Shown: positions 37,201-40,546 of the stretch, piece after piece
Layout: each line of letters begins with the position of its first letter
How positions within the stretch are numbered: position 1 is the stretch's first letter
NCBI GenBank assembly: GCA_964200075.2
Contig: CAXNAA020000010.1
Span: forward strand, 1 to 40,546
Length of the DNA stretch: 40,546 bases
From: Sphacelaria rigidula
Taxonomy: Eukaryota
Direction: 5' to 3'
Position numbers and translations under genes: made by a program
Notes under the pieces: generated by a model
Databases searched by the model: none
Seen by the model: the letters and a program-made list of their open reading frames with translations, nothing else
What the model was told of the DNA's origin: nothing

Positions 37201-38859
37201 CTTGTTTGTTGCCACAGAAGGAACCCTGTAGCCGCTCTCAACGGGCAAACCGCTCGCAACGCCCCCCCTTCCCTATCCTCTGCGTTTTGTTTGTGCTTGG
37301 AAAAGTCGGATTTACTTTCTAGAACTTCACCTGCGACTAGACATCTGTTGCTTCGGGATAACCCGCGAGAGCTCCTAACCTCAACCCCCATCGCCGTGTC
37401 CGACATGTTCCGTCCATGTTAGGTACCAGGGAGCAGAGGGTATTCACGGCCTCACCACGGTTGTTGATAAGAGGAAGGATTGCCTGGTGTGCGGAAGTTC
37501 TCAGATGACGATGGAGATCGACCCCGTGAATACTCTGGCCTCGCTAGTAGAAAAACTGTGAGTTAAAAACGTGCACCCAACGCTTTTCGGCTCTTGAATA
37601 GAAAGCGCACGCGATAACGGGTTGAGCTACGTGATGGAAAGAACGACGGTCATGGGTTGCGTTGATGTCGCACCTTCCCGGTGCTTTCGTGTTTTTGCCC
37701 ACTCGATTTAATGTTGGAATCACCTTCGTTTGCGCGTTGGTGTAGATCTCTCCCGCTCTCTCCGCGCGCGCGTGTGTGTGTGCGTGTGTTTTTTTTCTGT
37801 TTGTGTGTCTATGCGTAGATGCGTGAACCATCATGGCTTCCAAGACTTGATCTTGTGTTGTCGTCCCATCTTGAGTCCATTATTGACACCAGGGCAGGGG
37901 ATGTTGTGGGAGGATGTGGTTTCCTTGTCAATCGTGACGACCGTCTATACAAGGATTATTTACCCGTCAATCACGAGGTGGCGTTAATCATGAGGTGGCG
38001 TACACGTCAACAATTCACGATGCTCCAAGTTTTTGCTCAAGGTTAAGTTGGCTGGAGGGGGGGTACTTTCAATCGAAGCTCTTAAGCTGCCAGACGTCAG
38101 CAGAGGTCTCAAGCGGAAGTTGATTCACGTGTTGAGAGTGTGCCACTGGACTGCAGGAAGATGCACACGGTTTTTGAGAGGCTAGTAAGAGTTGATCGCA
38201 CTTGGAAAAAGCGGAGATCCCAACAGACCGTACAGGGAGGGTGGGTTCAGGGAAAACACGAGGTTGGTTGACGAGTTATCCACAACGTACGTCGGATCAC
38301 TCTTGCAGCTGATGCAGCTGCTTGCAGCGGTCTTCACACTGCTCCTGCTGTGATTTTCGTCCAACGTGTGAAGTACTTCTTTGAGCCCAACAAAGAAGAG
38401 GTGCGGGACTTGGAGATGTGCCACCCATTGCGTCAATGTACGTATCCATTCTGCTTCACGACACTTTCGTATGTATCGGGTACAACTGACAACGCATGGT
38501 TTATTTTCACACAGTCCGTTTTTTATCAACCCAGTAGGTCCAAAGGAGAGACCACGCAAGTTTCATATCTTGCTTGTTGTGCATATGTTTTTTTACAGAA
38601 GTTGCTTCGACCGGCTAACGCACCCCCTACTCCCTTTTCTTGCTACGCAAACATTCGCAGGGGTCTACGAGAGCCATCGCTGACTCGACCGGGCTTAGTT
38701 TTGTACATGTCCAACCCTGTGGCTTTACGGAAACAGACGGAGCCCAATCTCAAAAAGACTGTGGGCGAGCTGTGTTCGGATGGGGATGTGCTGGCGGTGA
38801 CGGAAAAGTATTGGCATGACCGATCACTCTCCGTTGTGGTTCGCTTCAACAAAACATGA
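31244..38859 (+). CDS. UBA3: NEDD8-activating enzyme E1 catalytic subunit (UBA3)
   Basis: Exons ~31244-31458 ([16 protein letters not shown]), 33391-33539 ([33 protein letters not shown]), 33953-34094 ([14 protein letters not shown]), 34418-34559 ([22 protein letters not shown]), 35250-35426 ([24 protein letters not shown], catalytic Cys codon 35345-35347), 35690-35727, 36450-36643 ([15 protein letters not shown]), 37423-37557 (CLVC), 38661-38859 (E2-binding domain). All are joined by GT-AG introns in phase. The GQARVILP arginine is typical of UBA3. Start codon not located. Confidence 0.95.
36749..36865 (+). rRNA. 5S rRNA-like sequence (probably the head of a SINE or a pseudogene), in a UBA3 intron
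   Basis: ~117 nt GGAACGGCCATACCAC...GAAGTAAAGC...CTAGTACTACGGTGGGGGACCAC...GGTGCTGTTCC. The 5' GGAACGGC pairs with the 3' GCTGTTCC (helix I). Box A/IE/box C-like internal promoter, immediately followed by TTTTT. Confidence 0.85.
36749..36981 (+). mobile_element. Candidate 5S rRNA-derived SINE (SINE3)
   Basis: 5S head, then a T-rich linker, a ~50 bp 3' region similar to 4740-4810, and a (CAAT)n tail. No clear target-site duplication seen. Confidence 0.65.
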
Positions 38860-40546
38860 GTATGCTGGTGGTACCGATTATGATGATATGGCTGTTATTT
38901 TCGACGCTGTCGACTACTTCATCACATCATGACTCTTGACAGCCGACAATGTGTCACAGCTTGCTTCCGTCATGTTTCGCGCATGTCTTGGCGGGAACTC
39001 GGGGTTCAGGACTCGGTCGTCCGCTGGTCGAAGAGCAACACTAGTGATGTAGGCTTTGTGCCCCCCGCCCTCGTCGACGCGTTGACAGCGCTGTCGGCCG
39101 CTGCTGAGAGATCACCACCAGCCCATCACCTTCCCGTCGTGTATTCTGTGTTGGGTGTTTTGATGGTCTTTTTTTGCTCTGGGCGTTCTGTTGGCGCGTT
39201 TTTCTGTGCTGTGTAGCGGTGTCAGTCGTTTGTACACGCGGAAAAGGCGGATGGCGCGGTGCATGCGTGACGGTGATCGTTGTGATGGTTGTACTGCACT
39301 ACGATACTCAGGCGACGGTACTAAATATACAGTGTGGGGCCGTTTCGGTGTCGGGCACGTAAACGGTTGAATATTGTACAACTAGGGTGCTGGGTGTGTT
39401 TGTGCATATTCGGACGTTTCGTTTTGTTGAGTTGGTGTTTTGAGCGTGTAGGATCAGATGGGAGAATTCAAGACACTATTGCTGACATGAACATTCATCC
39501 TCTAAAATTTTACTTTCCCGTCATTTCTCGCCGCGTTCGATTAGGTATGATCCATATCTCGGCTTCGGTTCTGCTGTACTTCGTGCACTTTTTCGATCTT
39601 CCCCTTTTCAACCCGTCTTTCTTGCCAGTTGTTCATATTTGCCATTTAATCGCCGATCGTACGTCTTAGGCTGCAAGAAGTCACTCCTTCACCATTTTGC
39701 AGATGAAAAGGACATGTTTTTTATGCGTGCTGCATCGCGAATGATGTTCCTGTACCTTCATGGAAGATTTGTACTACCCGTGGAACGGAAAGCTGCCCGC
39801 TGCGTGGTTATCTGCTGAACATGCACCCTACAGGGCGAAAGGGGGAGCAGGACGCTGTAGCTACAACAGTGTCTCTACAATACTGCAAAGTGATGTATTC
39901 GGTTTGTTGATCCTAGAAGTTTTCTCTTGCTACGAGCTGGGCCAGCAGTAAATCCCGCATTCGCTTTCTAAACCACAACTTCTCAAGCTCCCAAATTAGC
40001 GCGACTTGAGCATACCGCTGTGAACTGCAGACCAACCTGGTGACACAGAGCACCGCCGCTGAACAAAAAATAAAAATGAAAGAAAATGTACTGCATAATA
40101 TATATAACCTCAACGACGGAACGAAAAAAAACGAGAATATGTCGGGATTCGAAATCATGACCTCCACGACCTATATCACTTTTTGGATCAAAGGGGCGCG
40201 GCCGTGTCACACGAAAAGTGTGATGCGGCGCCCAATTTGAGGTATTTTTGGCCGACACTTCACCACAATATCCTGGAAGCGAGTGTCGACAACATTGTTC
40301 GGGGTGCAGCTGTATTCATGATTATTTCACAGAGATATGGGATTCTTGCTATTTTTGCTGAAACTTCAACTCGCTCTAACTTCCTCTTTTTTCCCCCTCT
40401 GCACCACTTTTCCACATCCAACACGCCTACTTACAAGCTCACTGTTCGTCTACCGTCTTGAGCATAGTCGTCGTCCATCCCCGTCCGGCTTGTTTTTTTT
40501 TTTTTTCCTTATGGAAGGAGGAAACCCAACCCCACACTCAGCTCGC

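Noticed and set aside
1-40546. CRISPR array, operon or intact transposase/reverse transcriptase
   Set aside because: No regularly spaced repeat-spacer array and no long ORF with such motifs; the window is spliced eukaryotic DNA.

Overview
Eukaryotic, intron-rich genomic DNA, most likely a brown alga (Phaeophyceae). This is inferred from the heterokont-type bipartite plastid presequence, the 5S rRNA-like sequence, and the many short exons separated by 0.2-2 kb repeat-filled introns. Three spliced genes were reconstructed by hand from splice sites and reading-frame phase. (1) A ~26-exon minus-strand gene (19532 down to ~1280; 3' end uncertain) for a long coiled-coil protein with a disordered Gly/Ser-rich C-terminus. 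(2) A 7-exon minus-strand plastid-targeted PAP/fibrillin gene (28810-23890, ~345 aa). (3) Divergent from it, UBA3, the NEDD8-activating E1 catalytic subunit (+, ~31244-38859). Most ORFs in the supplied track are spurious or exon fragments. The most notable non-coding element is a complete 5S rRNA-like head joined to a retroposon-type 3' tail with (CAAT)n, inside a UBA3 intron: a candidate 5S-derived SINE (SINE3) whose tail recurs elsewhere in the window. Also present: a three-copy TA-flanked MITE family, a head-to-head array of tRNA-like repeats, several GC-AG introns implied by frame phase, and a duplicated TGACGT-containing motif in the fibrillin/UBA3 intergenic region. No prokaryotic-type system (CRISPR, operon) is seen.
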